DNA of 59,807 nt, filler included. It is 4 parts of 4 records of this genome, joined end to end, with 100 filler letters (N's around TTAATTAATTAA, not from the genome) between each part and the next. Parts side by side here need not be neighbours in the genome. Positions count along the whole stretch, not along the records: positions 1 to 26,348 come from DRR723986_2420; 3 more parts are not named here. One strand, written 5' to 3'. The stretch's first letter is position 1. Each line of letters opens with the position of its first letter. The position numbers were made by a program, and so were the translations under genes. The notes beneath the pieces were generated by a model. That model was not told the DNA's origin, made no database searches, and saw only the letters and a program-made list of their open reading frames with translations. Below are positions 10,788 through 21,104 of this stretch, in pieces.

Positions 10788-12020
10788 ATGTTGAAACCGA
10801 TTTCGTTGGCTGACGCACAGCACCTGCCGTTCTGGCGCCGCCCCATCACCTTGTTGTTCGTCATGGCGTTGACCATGCCCATTGCGTTCAATGCTTGGAG
10901 CGCACTGTTGAACAACTTTGTCATCGAGGTGGCGAGTTTTGATGGGGCCGACATTGGCCTGTTGCATACGGTTCGTGAAATTCCGGGGTTTCTGGCGGTT
11001 GGGGTGATCGCGGTCATCCTGTTTGTGCGTGAACAGGTGTTGGGGATGATCTCGCTGGCGTTGCTTGGCGTGGCGACCGCCGTGACGGCATGGTTCCCAA
11101 GTTTGGGTGGCTTGCTGTTTGTCACCTTGTTCAGCTCAATCGGGTTTCACTACTTTGAGACAGTGAACCAATCGCTGCAGCTGCAGTGGCTGCCCAAGGA
11201 CAAGGCCCCGCAGACGTTAGGCTGGTTGGTTGCGATGGGATCGGCATCGACCTTGGTGGTCTATGGTTTGATCGTTCTCACGTGGGAACGGTTCGATCTG
11301 GCCTATAACACGGTGTTCATGGCCGCCGGCGGATTGACGACGCTGTTGGCGATCTTTTGTCTGGTTGCCTATCCGCAGTTTGAATCCCCCACGCCGCAGA
11401 CCAAAAAACTGGTGCTGCGCCGTCGGTATTGGCTGTATTATGCCCTGCAATTCATGTCTGGCGCGCGCCGCCAGATCTTTGTTGTTTTTGCAGGGTTCAT
11501 GATGGTTGAGAAGTTCGGCTTTGAAGTGCACGAGCTGACCGGCTTGTACATGATCAACCTTGTGATCAATATGACCGCTGCGCCGATGCTGGGCAAAGCC
11601 GTGTCTGTGTTTGGCGAACGCCGGACCTTGATCTTTGAATACATCGGGCTGGCGATTGTCTTTGCTGCTTATGGCGGGGTGTATTGGTTTGGCTGGGGCG
11701 TCATTTTGGCGGCGACTTTGTACGTAATCGATCATGTTTTGTTTGCCTTGGCTTTGGCGCTTAAGACGTATTTCCAGAAAATCGCGGATCCTGCAGATAT
11801 TGCGCCGACGGCGGCGGTGGCCTTTACCATCAACCATATCGCGGCTGTGTTCTTACCCGCTTTGTTGGGGCTGTTATGGGTCGTTTCGCCTGCGGCGGTC
11901 TTTGGGTTGGCTGCTTTGATGGCGCTGATATCTCTGGGCTTGTCCTTGTTGGTTCCACGACACCCCGAACGGGGCAACGAGACCATATTTTCCAAATACG
12001 CAGCGGCGCCTGCCGAATGA
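10788..12020 (+). CDS. MFS transporter
   Basis: About 12 hydrophobic segments; REIPGFLAV, GARRQIFVVFAGF, FTINHIAAV. Likely start ATG 10788. Confidence 0.8.
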   Translation: MLKPISLADAQHLPFWRRPITLLFVMALTMPIAFNAWSALLNNFVIEVASFDGADIGLLHTVREIPGFLAVGVIAVILFVREQVLGMISLALLGVATAVTAWFPSLGGLLFVTLFSSIGFHYFETVNQSLQLQWLPKDKAPQTLGWLVAMGSASTLVVYGLIVLTWERFDLAYNTVFMAAGGLTTLLAIFCLVAYPQFESPTPQTKKLVLRRRYWLYYALQFMSGARRQIFVVFAGFMMVEKFGFEVHELTGLYMINLVINMTAAPMLGKAVSVFGERRTLIFEYIGLAIVFAAYGGVYWFGWGVILAATLYVIDHVLFALALALKTYFQKIADPADIAPTAAVAFTINHIAAVFLPALLGLLWVVSPAAVFGLAALMALISLGLSLLVPRHPERGNETIFSKYAAAPAE

Positions 12021-12026
12021 GGGTGC

Positions 12027-13421
12027 ATGGCTGAACAAGGGCGTTTTCTGACTGGGTCCACGATGGGCCATGTGGTGCGGATGACACTGGCGGGAACGCT
12101 GGGGATCACCTTTGTTTTTCTTGTCGATGCCGCCAATCTGTTTTGGATCGCTCAACTGGATCAGCCGCGCTTGATGGCGGCGATCGGGTTTGCCTTTGCC
12201 ATTCAGTACTTTTCGGTCTCAGCCGGTATTGGCTTGATGATCGCCTCGACCGCGTTGGTGTCCCGTCGCATTGGGGAAGGGGACAAGGAGCTGGCGCGGC
12301 GCAACGCGACAAGTGCGGCCATGATTGCGTTTGTGTTTCAAAGCGCCGTGGCCGCGTTGATCTTTATCTATCGTCACGAGATTGTCGCGCTGTCCGGGGC
12401 GACAGGGGAAACGGCGGCATTGGCCGCGCGTTATCTAGCGATGTCGGTTCCAACGCTTGGGATCATGGCGATTGCGATGATTGCCAATGGGACGCTGCGG
12501 GCTGTCGGCGATGGCAAACGGTCGATGTTGGTGACGCTGACATCTGGCGGTGTGGCGATGGTGATTGACCCGATCATGATCGTGACATTTGGTTGGGGTT
12601 TGGATGGCGCGGCAATCGGGCTCAATATTTCACGGGCGGTGATGCTGTTTATGGCGTTGCGCTATGCAATTGGCACCCACAATCTGTTGGCTGTGCCGTG
12701 CGTTGCTGGATTTATGGAAACGGTCAAACCCTATTTCCAGATCGCGTTGCCCGCGATTTTGGCGCAGATGGCGACGCCCGTTGGCAACTACATGCTGACC
12801 GCTGTCATGGCGCAATTCGGGGATGAGGCCATGGCCGGTTGGGCGGTGGTGGGGCGTTTGACCGTCGTGGCCTTTGGCGGGATCTTTTCGCTGTCAGGCG
12901 CGATCGGCGGGATTTTCGGTCAAAATTACGGCGCCCGATCTTATGACAGGCTGCGATGTACCTATCGGGATGCGCTGATTTTCGGCTTTGTTTACACTGC
13001 AGTCACTTGGGGCGTCCTGCTGTTATGCAAGCCGTTGATCCTGAGCGGGTTTGCTTTGGGCCCTATGGGAATCGAAGTTGTGACGGCGTTCTTGTACGTT
13101 GGAGCGGGAGGATTTGTGTTTGCGGCCGCCTTGTTCGTGGCAACGACAGCGTTCAACGCGTTGGCGCGACCAGCTTGGGCGACGCTGACGTCTTGGGTTC
13201 GGGATGGGGTTTTAACCCTGCCGTTTGCTTTGGTGTTGTCAGGCTGGTTTGACGCGTCCGGCGTGATTTATGCCCAAGCTATCGTTACGGTCTTGGTTGG
13301 GGCCGTCGCTGCGTGGCTTGGATGGCGATATGTGTGCTCTTTGGGGCGGGAACAGCTGCCAAAGCTTGACCTTGCCCCGCCACGGCCCTACGCGCATGCA
13401 GACAGATTTAGGAGACGCTGA
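12027..13421 (+). CDS. MATE family efflux transporter
   Basis: FLVDAANLFWI, LRAVGDGKR, DPIMI...LDGAA, GQNYGA motifs. Confidence 0.88.
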   Translation: MAEQGRFLTGSTMGHVVRMTLAGTLGITFVFLVDAANLFWIAQLDQPRLMAAIGFAFAIQYFSVSAGIGLMIASTALVSRRIGEGDKELARRNATSAAMIAFVFQSAVAALIFIYRHEIVALSGATGETAALAARYLAMSVPTLGIMAIAMIANGTLRAVGDGKRSMLVTLTSGGVAMVIDPIMIVTFGWGLDGAAIGLNISRAVMLFMALRYAIGTHNLLAVPCVAGFMETVKPYFQIALPAILAQMATPVGNYMLTAVMAQFGDEAMAGWAVVGRLTVVAFGGIFSLSGAIGGIFGQNYGARSYDRLRCTYRDALIFGFVYTAVTWGVLLLCKPLILSGFALGPMGIEVVTAFLYVGAGGFVFAAALFVATTAFNALARPAWATLTSWVRDGVLTLPFALVLSGWFDASGVIYAQAIVTVLVGAVAAWLGWRYVCSLGREQLPKLDLAPPRPYAHADRFRRR

Positions 13422-14299
13422 TGCCTACCTTTACCGCGCTGACCACTCTTATGGGCAAAGCGCCCGCAACTGCCTTGGGCGACGCTATGGAGCGTTTGAA
13501 CCCTGAACCCACGGGTGTGGGCGTTTTCGAGGTCGAGGATGGATCGGGTCTGTGGGAAGTTGGTGGCTATTTCACCGAAGCCCCGGACGAGGCCGGTTTG
13601 GCGTTGTTGGCAGTAAGTTTTGAGGCCAAGCCGTTTGTCGTGTCCGAGTTGCCGGAAACAGATTGGGTCGCCCATGTCCGCCGCGAACTTGCGCCGGTCG
13701 AGGCGGGGCGGTTCTTTGTCTATGGCAGCCATGATGCAGATAAGGTGCCAGCCGATAGCATTCCGCTGTTGATCGAAGCCGCGATGGCGTTTGGCACTGG
13801 GCACCACGGAACCACGTTGGGATGTCTCAAGGCCTTGGACCGTTTGATTGGCGAAGGGTTCGAGGGCAGCAAGGTTGCGGATATCGGCTGTGGAACGGCT
13901 GTTCTGGCAATGGCTGCCGCGCGGGTGTGGACCGGAGACATTCTGGCCAGTGATATCGATCAGGTTGCGGTGGATGTGGCCGAGGCCAATTTGAAAGCCA
14001 ACGGCATGGAAGGCACTGTGAAGTGTCTTGAGTCCGCGGGCTTTGATCACCCAGATTTGCAGGCGCACATGCCGTATGATCTGATCTTTGCCAACATCCT
14101 TAAGGGGCCGTTGATCGCGCTTTCACCGGATGTTTCAGCTCATTTGCGCCCTGGTGGCTATGCGATTCTCTCGGGGATCTTGAACGAGCAAGCCGATGAT
14201 GTGATCGCTGTTTATCTCGAAAATGGAACCAATCTTGTGAGCAAAGAACAGATTGGTGAATGGACGACTCTGCTTTTGCAGAAGAATGGCGCAATTTAG
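13421..14299 (+). CDS. prmA: 50S ribosomal protein L11 methyltransferase
   Basis: AMAFGTGHHGTT, DIGCGTAVLA SAM motif, ANIL, ILSGIL. Confidence 0.95.
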   Translation: MPTFTALTTLMGKAPATALGDAMERLNPEPTGVGVFEVEDGSGLWEVGGYFTEAPDEAGLALLAVSFEAKPFVVSELPETDWVAHVRRELAPVEAGRFFVYGSHDADKVPADSIPLLIEAAMAFGTGHHGTTLGCLKALDRLIGEGFEGSKVADIGCGTAVLAMAAARVWTGDILASDIDQVAVDVAEANLKANGMEGTVKCLESAGFDHPDLQAHMPYDLIFANILKGPLIALSPDVSAHLRPGGYAILSGILNEQADDVIAVYLENGTNLVSKEQIGEWTTLLLQKNGAI

Positions 14300-14387
14300 G
14301 CGAATTTTAGACGTGGGGCTTGGTTTTGCCGCATTTGAACCGTAAATTTCTTTCATCGCTGGTGGGGGCCAGTGCAGAGAGGCTGCT

Positions 14388-14732
14388 ATGGTTGAAGAAC
14401 AAGTTCAGTTTGACCGGCGGATTCAACGTCTAAGTCGCAAACATCAGTCGATGTCGCGCGGCTATGCAACACGTATGCGGGCGGATGGCCTGATTATTAC
14501 CACGCCCCGCCGCAGTGGGGTGCCGGTGCCAGTGCGCGCGATCCTATTTGTTTTCCTTGCTTTGTTCGCATTCAAGGGGTTCCTGTTGGCCAGTATTGGT
14601 CCCGACAGCTATGCTGATCGGGTGCAGAGACTGTCAGAGGGCACCGTCGTAGAACAAGCTGGCGCTTGGGTTATGCAAATCGAACCCGCGAGCGCGTTTA
14701 TCGCATCCCAGATTGGGCCGATCCTTCGGTGA
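14388..14732 (+). CDS. Small hypothetical membrane protein
   Basis: ATG with GAGAGG upstream, one TM segment, clean intergenic position. Confidence 0.65.
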   Translation: MVEEQVQFDRRIQRLSRKHQSMSRGYATRMRADGLIITTPRRSGVPVPVRAILFVFLALFAFKGFLLASIGPDSYADRVQRLSEGTVVEQAGAWVMQIEPASAFIASQIGPILR

Positions 14733-14818
14733 TCGGTCGGTTTGTCTGGGTAGTAAGAAGAAGATGCGCAAGGGATTGAGCGTCTGAGGTTTTGAGACAG
14801 ATTTGACTGCCACAAAGA

Positions 14819-14854
14819 AAAGCACCGTGTGAGGGGATCACACGGTGCTTTCTT
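14819..14854. terminator. Bidirectional intrinsic terminator
   Basis: 14-bp perfect stem AAAGCACCGTGTGA-gggga-TCACACGGTGCTTT between convergent genes, with A-rich and T-rich flanks. Confidence 0.8.
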
Positions 14855-14884
14855 AGGTTTGGTTCGGTGCGTTACGTCAGCGGA

Positions 14885-15103
14885 TTAGAAGCCGCGTGAT
14901 GTGACCGCAACGCCATCGATGTCAGAGCGGGACAGACCGATGTCTTCCAGCTCGCGATCGGTGAGGTCAGACAGCGCGTTACGTGTTGCGCGGGCGTCAT
15001 TCCAAACAACAACGGCGTTGGTCGCCGCGGTGAATAATGCGCCGATACGGCCGATGAGGCCGAGTGAGCCGTAGGTGGTGCGGGTGGTGTCAAAAGCAGC
15101 CAT
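14885..15103 (-). CDS. DUF1127 small protein (72 aa)
   Basis: WNDARATRNALSDLTDRELEDIGLSRSDI signature; start MAAFDTTR. Confidence 0.9.
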   Translation of the reverse strand: MAAFDTTRTTYGSLGLIGRIGALFTAATNAVVVWNDARATRNALSDLTDRELEDIGLSRSDIDGVAVTSRGF

Positions 15104-15188
15104 ATCCTGAGTCCTTTTTGGTTTGTGTGAACGGTGGCGTTTCAATTTCTGAAGGGGCATTTATGGCTGTCGTATTTACCGCACAAGG

Positions 15189-15213
15189 TGCAAAAAACGC
15201 ATGACACCTATGC
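15189..15213. promoter_or_regulatory. Candidate LysR-type operator upstream of DUF1127 gene
   Basis: Overlapping dyads TGC-N7-GCA (T-N11-A, 15189-15201) and GCAT-N7-ATGC (15199-15213). Confidence 0.4.
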
Positions 15214-15439
15214 AATGAGCGCGCGGGTCAAAAACACTGAAACACCCTTGAAATAAAGGTGATCTGGGCCTTTTGGATGGGTCGTTTTCTGCTTTGCGGC
15301 GTGTCGTTTTTGATGCATTTGTCGCGATCAGATTGGGGTGGGTCGTTTTCGACCGTGATGTCAAAGCCCTTGGAAGATGTTCGCGTTTCGTGCTACTTCG
15401 TCAGAAAAGCAACAAAATGAGCAGGGCTAGGGCAGAGAT

Positions 15440-15937
15440 ATGCGAATTCTGGGCATTGATCCGGGTCTGCGGACCATGGGATGGGGCGTCATCGAATCAA
15501 ATGGCAGCCGTTTGAGCCACATCGCAAACGGTCACTGCACGTCTGGAACGGGCGAGTTGGCCGAGCGGTTGCTGTCGTTGCACGAGCAGCTGACGGATGT
15601 TGTCGCACGGTATCAGCCGACCGAGGCTGCTATTGAACAGACCTTTGTGAACAAAGACGGGGCCGGGACGTTGAAGCTGGGGCAAGCGCGCGGGGTGGCA
15701 TTGTTGACGCTTGCGCAGGCCGGAATCCCGATTGGGGAGTATGCGCCCAACAAGGTCAAAAAGACGATCGTCGGGGCCGGGCACGCGGCGAAAGAACAGG
15801 TTCTCTATATGGTGAAGTTGCAATTGCCCGGCTGTAACCCTGTTGGGGCCGATGCGGCAGATGCACTGGCCATTGCCATGTGTCACGCGCACTATGGCGG
15901 CAAGAGAACGCTTGAATTGCGAGAGGTGAAAGCATGA
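15440..15937 (+). CDS. ruvC: Crossover junction endodeoxyribonuclease RuvC
   Basis: [30 protein letters not shown]. Confidence 0.97.
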   Translation: MRILGIDPGLRTMGWGVIESNGSRLSHIANGHCTSGTGELAERLLSLHEQLTDVVARYQPTEAAIEQTFVNKDGAGTLKLGQARGVALLTLAQAGIPIGEYAPNKVKKTIVGAGHAAKEQVLYMVKLQLPGCNPVGADAADALAIAMCHAHYGGKRTLELREVKA

Positions 15938-16617
15938 TTGGCAAGCTGACGGGGCGATTGGATTACCGCACAGCGGATCATATCCTCATTGATGTGCGCG
16001 GGGTCGGGTACATCGTCTATTGTTCGGATCGGACGTTGGCGGGGCTGCCCGGCAATGGCGAGGCGGTGTCGCTCTATACCGATATGGTCGTGCGTGAAGA
16101 TCTGATGCAGCTCTATGGCTTTCCCTCGTTGGTCGAAAAGGAATGGCACCGGTTGCTGTGTTCGGTGCAGGGGATTGGGGCCAAGGTGTCACTGGCGATT
16201 TTGGGAACGCTCGGCCCTGATGGTGTGAGCCGGGCCATTGCCTTGGGGGATTGGGCGTCGGTTAAAGCCGCCAAAGGGGTTGGCCCAAAGACCGCGCAAC
16301 GTGTGGTTCTGGATCTCAAAGATAAAGCGCCGGGTGTGATGGCAATGGGGGGCACTGTTGCGGATGCGATGGACGGGCCTGCGTTGGATGCGGTTGAGGT
16401 GATTGAACCAGCGCCAGCTGCGAAACGTAAAGCGACAGCAAAGCCGCCAAGTGGTGCAGCCGCTGCGACGGCGGGAACGCTGTCGGCTTTGGCGAACCTT
16501 GGGTACAGTCCATCAGACGCGGCTGCGGCGGTTGCCGAAGCGGGGGCGACATGGCCCGATGCTGATGAGGCGGAATTGATCCGTCAGGCGCTAAAGCTGC
16601 TGGCTCCGAAAGGCTAA
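15934..16617 (+). CDS. ruvA: Holliday junction branch migration protein RuvA
   Basis: [33 protein letters not shown]. Confidence 0.97.
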   Translation: MIGKLTGRLDYRTADHILIDVRGVGYIVYCSDRTLAGLPGNGEAVSLYTDMVVREDLMQLYGFPSLVEKEWHRLLCSVQGIGAKVSLAILGTLGPDGVSRAIALGDWASVKAAKGVGPKTAQRVVLDLKDKAPGVMAMGGTVADAMDGPALDAVEVIEPAPAAKRKATAKPPSGAAAATAGTLSALANLGYSPSDAAAAVAEAGATWPDADEAELIRQALKLLAPKG

Positions 16618-16624
16618 CGAGCAA

Positions 16625-17644
16625 ATGATAGATGCCGATCCGACGATCCGACCCGAGCCGCTGCCCGAAGACAATGACCGCGCTCTGCGACCGCAGGGCT
16701 TAAGCGAATTCATTGGACAGGCCGAGGCGCGCGCAAACCTGCGCGTTTTTATTCAATCCGCAAAACAACGCGGCGAGGCGATGGATCATACCTTGTTCCA
16801 CGGCCCGCCGGGTTTGGGGAAAACAACGCTTGCGCAGATCATGGCGCGCGAATTGGGGGTGAATTTTCGCATGACCTCGGGGCCGGTTCTGGCCAAGGCG
16901 GGGGATCTAGCGGCTATTCTGACCAATCTGGAAAACCGGGATGTGCTGTTCATTGATGAAATCCACCGTCTGAACCCAGCCGTCGAGGAGGTGCTGTATC
17001 CTGCGATGGAGGATTTTGAGCTGGATCTGGTGATCGGTGAGGGGCCAGCGGCCCGGACGGTGCGGATCGAGTTGCAGCCCTTTACGCTCGTAGGGGCGAC
17101 GACCCGGATGGGGTTGTTGACCACGCCGTTGCGCGATCGGTTTGGCATTCCAACGCGTCTGCAGTTTTACACGGTTGATGAGTTGCACGAGATCGTCACG
17201 CGCAATGCCCGCAAGCTGGGTGCGCCAGCGGATGATGCGGGAGCACGAGAAATTGCTCGCCGCGCCCGTGGAACGCCGCGTATTGCTGGCCGACTGTTGC
17301 GCCGTGTGGTGGATTTCGCAGTGGTCGAGGGGGACGGGTCGATTACCAAAGAACTTGCCGACAGTTCGCTGACCCGCCTTGGGGTTGACCATTTGGGGCT
17401 AGACGGCGCGGATCGGCGGTATTTGCAATTGATCGCCGAGAATTATTCAGGCGGCCCGGTCGGGATTGAAACCCTATCTGCAGCCTTGTCCGAAAGCCGA
17501 GATGCACTGGAAGAGGTGATTGAGCCCTATTTGCTGCAACAGGGGTTGATCCAGCGGACACCGCGGGGGCGGATGTTGGCGCAAAAAGCATGGGCGCACT
17601 TGGGATTGCCGATGCCAAAGGGGCAAAGCAATCTCTTTGGTTGA
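16625..17644 (+). CDS. ruvB: Holliday junction branch migration helicase RuvB
   Basis: [32 protein letters not shown]. Confidence 0.98.
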   Translation: MIDADPTIRPEPLPEDNDRALRPQGLSEFIGQAEARANLRVFIQSAKQRGEAMDHTLFHGPPGLGKTTLAQIMARELGVNFRMTSGPVLAKAGDLAAILTNLENRDVLFIDEIHRLNPAVEEVLYPAMEDFELDLVIGEGPAARTVRIELQPFTLVGATTRMGLLTTPLRDRFGIPTRLQFYTVDELHEIVTRNARKLGAPADDAGAREIARRARGTPRIAGRLLRRVVDFAVVEGDGSITKELADSSLTRLGVDHLGLDGADRRYLQLIAENYSGGPVGIETLSAALSESRDALEEVIEPYLLQQGLIQRTPRGRMLAQKAWAHLGLPMPKGQSNLFG

Positions 17645-17709
17645 TGTCGCGTGTAAGAGATTTTATTCCGGGGCGCGAATTGAGTTGAACCACAGGCAAG
17701 GGGCAAAGC

Positions 17710-18333
17710 GTGACACCACAAGAGATCGAGACGCTGTTTACACGTGATACGGGCGATTATGTTTTCGCGCGTTGGGGGCGCCCAATCGCTCCGACGGTCT
17801 TTGGGGTCGAGGATGAGACGCTTTCGGTTGTGAAGGGCGCATTCGAGGCGGTGACGACCTTGGCCGGGCATGAGATGGCAGAAACGGATCCTGAGCTAGG
17901 CACCAACTGCATGATCTTTTTCTTTCGGGAATGGTCTGAACTGCTGGCTGTGCCGGATCTGGATAAAATGGTTGCTGACCTGCCAGAGCTCGTGGCGCGT
18001 TTGGCAGAGCAGGGAGCCAATCAATACCGCGTATTCCGGTTCGAGGAAGACGGGGCGATCCAGGCGGCGTTTGTGTTTTTGCGGATGGATGAACAAATGT
18101 TGGCGCAGCCTGCGGATTCGTTGGCGTTGAGCCAAGTAGTGCAAACCGTCCTTGTCTGGTCCGAAGGGGCGTTTCGCACCCAGTCGCCCTTGGCCATCGC
18201 GGGTGAGGCCACGATTTTGCGACCAGAAATCGCGGATGTCATTCAGGCGGCCTATGATCCGGTTATGCCCGCTGTTAGTCGGGACAAATCACATGCTTTG
18301 CGTTTGTTTGCGCGCGTTGCGGCGCGCGCATGA
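17710..18333 (+). CDS. Hypothetical protein between ruvB and ybgC
   Basis: 207-aa ORF with natural composition; stop overlaps ybgC start (ATGA). Confidence 0.7.
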   Translation: MTPQEIETLFTRDTGDYVFARWGRPIAPTVFGVEDETLSVVKGAFEAVTTLAGHEMAETDPELGTNCMIFFFREWSELLAVPDLDKMVADLPELVARLAEQGANQYRVFRFEEDGAIQAAFVFLRMDEQMLAQPADSLALSQVVQTVLVWSEGAFRTQSPLAIAGEATILRPEIADVIQAAYDPVMPAVSRDKSHALRLFARVAARA

Positions 18334-18716
18334 GCCATCACTATCAGCTGCGTGTACAATATGAGGATACCGACATGGCCGGTATCGTCTATCACGCGAA
18401 CTATCTTCGGTTCATTGAGCGGGCGCGCAGCGACTGGGTTCGCAATCTGGGAAATGATCAGAACGCGATGCGGGATGCCGGGTTTGTTTGGGTGGTCCGG
18501 AAGATCGAAGCCGATTATCTGGCCACGGCCAAGTTCGAAGATATTCTAGATGTTGAAACGGACCTTGTGTCCGTCTCGGGCGCTCGGTTGACGATGTTAC
18601 AGAGCGTAAAGCGTGCAGGGACCGAGATTTTTCGCGCCTCAGTCATGGTGGTTTGCATGACGCAGGCCGGGAAACCTGTCCGGTTGCCGGCAGAGATTCG
18701 CGCATTGATGCAATAA
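18330..18716 (+). CDS. ybgC: Tol-pal associated acyl-CoA thioesterase
   Basis: YEDTDMAGIVYHANYLRFIERARSD hot-dog fold motif; directly upstream of tolQ. Confidence 0.93.
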   Translation: MSHHYQLRVQYEDTDMAGIVYHANYLRFIERARSDWVRNLGNDQNAMRDAGFVWVVRKIEADYLATAKFEDILDVETDLVSVSGARLTMLQSVKRAGTEIFRASVMVVCMTQAGKPVRLPAEIRALMQ

Positions 18717-18824
18717 ACCGGGGCATTCGGGGTGGTTCTGTTGGCATTTTGCCCCCATCTGCTTTAGCGTTTGAGCCAACAAGGCCGCACAAAGCGGCCA
18801 ACAGGCAGAAAAAAGAGCAGGTTT

Positions 18825-19520
18825 ATGTTAGCAGCGACCCTGACGCAGGCGGCGGAGATTGATTTCTCTATGTGGGGCCTTTTTGCGCGCGCCACCCTTA
18901 CCGTGAAATTGGTGATGTTGATGCTGGTGGGGGCGTCGTTTTGGTCGTGGGCGATCATTATTCAGAAAATGATCACCTATCGATCTGCCCGACGCGAGGC
19001 TGCGGTCTTTGACCAGTCCTTTTGGTCGGGAGAGCCGTTGGACCAACTGTTTGAGCAGATCGGGCCCCAACCCAAGGGAAGTTCGCAAAAGGTTTTTGCG
19101 GCTGGAATGACCGAATGGCGTCGCTCGCATCGCACCGATGGCGGGTTGATTGCCGGGGCGCAGGCCCGGATTGACCGGTCTATGGATGTCGCGATCATCA
19201 AAGAAACCGAAGCGTTGCAAAAAGGCTTGCCGGTTCTGGCCACTGTCGGATCAACCGCGCCTTTTGTTGGGTTGTTCGGGACCGTTTGGGGCATCATGAC
19301 AGCGTTCATCGAGATTGCAGAGCAGCAGAATACAAATCTGGCTGTTGTTGCGCCGGGGATCGCCGAAGCTTTGATGGCCACGGGTTTGGGGCTGTTGGCG
19401 GCTATTCCGGCAGTTATTTTCTACAATAAGCTGAGCGCAGACAGTGATCGAATCGTTTCGGGGTATGAATCCTTTGCAGACGAATTCGCCACCATTCTGT
19501 CGCGTCAGTTGGACAGCTAA
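18825..19520 (+). CDS. tolQ: Tol-Pal system protein TolQ
   Basis: LATVGSTAPFVGLFGTVWGIM, VAPGIAEALMAT. Likely start ATG 18825. Confidence 0.96.
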   Translation: MLAATLTQAAEIDFSMWGLFARATLTVKLVMLMLVGASFWSWAIIIQKMITYRSARREAAVFDQSFWSGEPLDQLFEQIGPQPKGSSQKVFAAGMTEWRRSHRTDGGLIAGAQARIDRSMDVAIIKETEALQKGLPVLATVGSTAPFVGLFGTVWGIMTAFIEIAEQQNTNLAVVAPGIAEALMATGLGLLAAIPAVIFYNKLSADSDRIVSGYESFADEFATILSRQLDS

Positions 19521-19523
19521 GCC

Positions 19524-19997
19524 ATGGGAGCGAGCGTTCAACACTCTGCTGACAGTGGCCGGCGACGGGGTCGACGACGGCGGCGCGGGCAACCAATGTC
19601 GGAAATCAACGTGACGCCGTTTGTCGATGTCATGCTGGTTTTGTTGATTATTTTTATGGTGGCTGCGCCATTGTCGACAGTTGGGGTGCCGGTGGATCTG
19701 CCAAAAACAGCCGCTGGCGCGTTGGCGTCTGACAACGAGGAGCCGCTGACTGTGACTCTGACAGCTGAGGGTGGGGTGCAGATCCAAACCACAGAGGTTG
19801 GGCGCGACGCGTTGGTGTCCAAGTTGCGGGCGATTGCAACGGAACGGACCAGCGATAAAGTCTTCTTACGCGCGGACGGGTCAATTCCGTATGCGCAGGT
19901 GATGCAGGTGATGGGCGCGCTGAATGCGGGCGGGTTTTCCAACGTGGGGCTGGTGACAGACACCGGCGGACCAACGCTGGATCAGAGCAAAGAGTGA
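19524..19997 (+). CDS. tolR: Tol-Pal system protein TolR
   Basis: SEINVTPFVDVMLVLLIIFMVAAP. Confidence 0.96.
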   Translation: MGASVQHSADSGRRRGRRRRRGQPMSEINVTPFVDVMLVLLIIFMVAAPLSTVGVPVDLPKTAAGALASDNEEPLTVTLTAEGGVQIQTTEVGRDALVSKLRAIATERTSDKVFLRADGSIPYAQVMQVMGALNAGGFSNVGLVTDTGGPTLDQSKE

Positions 19998-20006
19998 GGC
20001 AGCGGT

Positions 20007-21104
20007 TTGCAAACCGGCACCAAGATCTCTGCAATTGCGCATGTAACGCTGGTCAGTTGGGCGTTTATCGGCGGCGTGTTTGATTCTGAGCCCCTGCCTT
20101 TTGAGGTGCAGGAGGTCTCGGTTATCTCGTCCGAGGATTTTGCAGCGCTGAGCACGCCAACAGTGGCCCCAGAGGTGGTGGACCAACCGTCAGATTTACA
20201 AGCGCCAGAGGTGCCTGTCGAAGACGCGGCTTTGCCGTCCCCCAGTGAACCAGAGCCGGAACAACAACGCCCGGAACCCGTCGCGCCGCCAGAGCCGGAT
20301 CCTATTCCAGAGCCCGTGATTGAGCCACCAGTGCCAGAACCGGATGTACCCGTGTCGACGCCATCGTTGGTGGTGCCAGAGCCAGATGTGCAGGTCTTGC
20401 CTGTACCTCCGGCGGTCCGGCCCAAGCCGCGCCCGGTAGAGCGCGTGGCACCGCAGCCTGTGGCCCCGCCGCCGCCAGATGTAGCCCCCGATGAGGTCGA
20501 ACAACCAGCGGTCGTTGCAGGCGAAACCGGTGAGGTAAAGCAAGAGGAACAAGAGGCGACCGCCCCGGAAGAGGCGACAGATCAGATTGCGCCCGACGCC
20601 GAGGAAACGGCGAACGTTGCCCCAACACGGTCTGTCCGTCCGCAAGCCCGTCGTCCGGCGCGTCCTAAACCCGAAGAACCGGCCCAGCAGGCTTCAAAGC
20701 CGTCGTCAGATTCGGCGCAACAAGATGCCGTGAACAGCGCCCTTGCCGAGGCGTTGGCGGGTGCACCAGAACCCTCTGGCCCGCCGTTGACCAGTGGGGA
20801 AAAGGATGCGCTGCGCATTGCGGTCTCGAGTTGCTGGAATGTGGGGTCCCTTTCCACCGAGGCCTTGGGCACTACCGTAGTTGTTGGCGTGTCCATGTCG
20901 CGTGAAGGCAAGCCCGATATTGGGTCGATTCAGTTGTTGGACAGTTCTGGCGGTTCTACGGCAGCGGCGAACCAGGCTTTTGGGGCAGCGCGTCGGGCGA
21001 TTATTCGCTGTGGGGCAAAAGGATTTAATTTGCCGGCCGAAAAATACGGCCAGTGGCGTAACATCGAAATGACATTCAATCCCGAGAGGATGCGGATCAA
21101 ATGA
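20007..21104 (+). CDS. tolA: TolA-like energy transducer (Pro/Glu-rich)
   Basis: N-terminal TM with S-x3-H, long PE-rich linker, C-terminal CWN...AARRAIIRC...FNP domain; lies between tolR and tolB. Confidence 0.85.
   Translation: MQTGTKISAIAHVTLVSWAFIGGVFDSEPLPFEVQEVSVISSEDFAALSTPTVAPEVVDQPSDLQAPEVPVEDAALPSPSEPEPEQQRPEPVAPPEPDPIPEPVIEPPVPEPDVPVSTPSLVVPEPDVQVLPVPPAVRPKPRPVERVAPQPVAPPPPDVAPDEVEQPAVVAGETGEVKQEEQEATAPEEATDQIAPDAEETANVAPTRSVRPQARRPARPKPEEPAQQASKPSSDSAQQDAVNSALAEALAGAPEPSGPPLTSGEKDALRIAVSSCWNVGSLSTEALGTTVVVGVSMSREGKPDIGSIQLLDSSGGSTAAANQAFGAARRAIIRCGAKGFNLPAEKYGQWRNIEMTFNPERMRIK

Noticed and set aside
14733-14884. Cuckoo-type (CCUCCUCCC) sRNAs downstream of the DUF1127 gene
   Set aside because: No repeated CCTCCTCCC loops; only one terminator hairpin.
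20200-20720. Repetitive CCAGAG/CCGGA tracts
   Set aside because: Explained by the Pro/Glu-rich linker of TolA.
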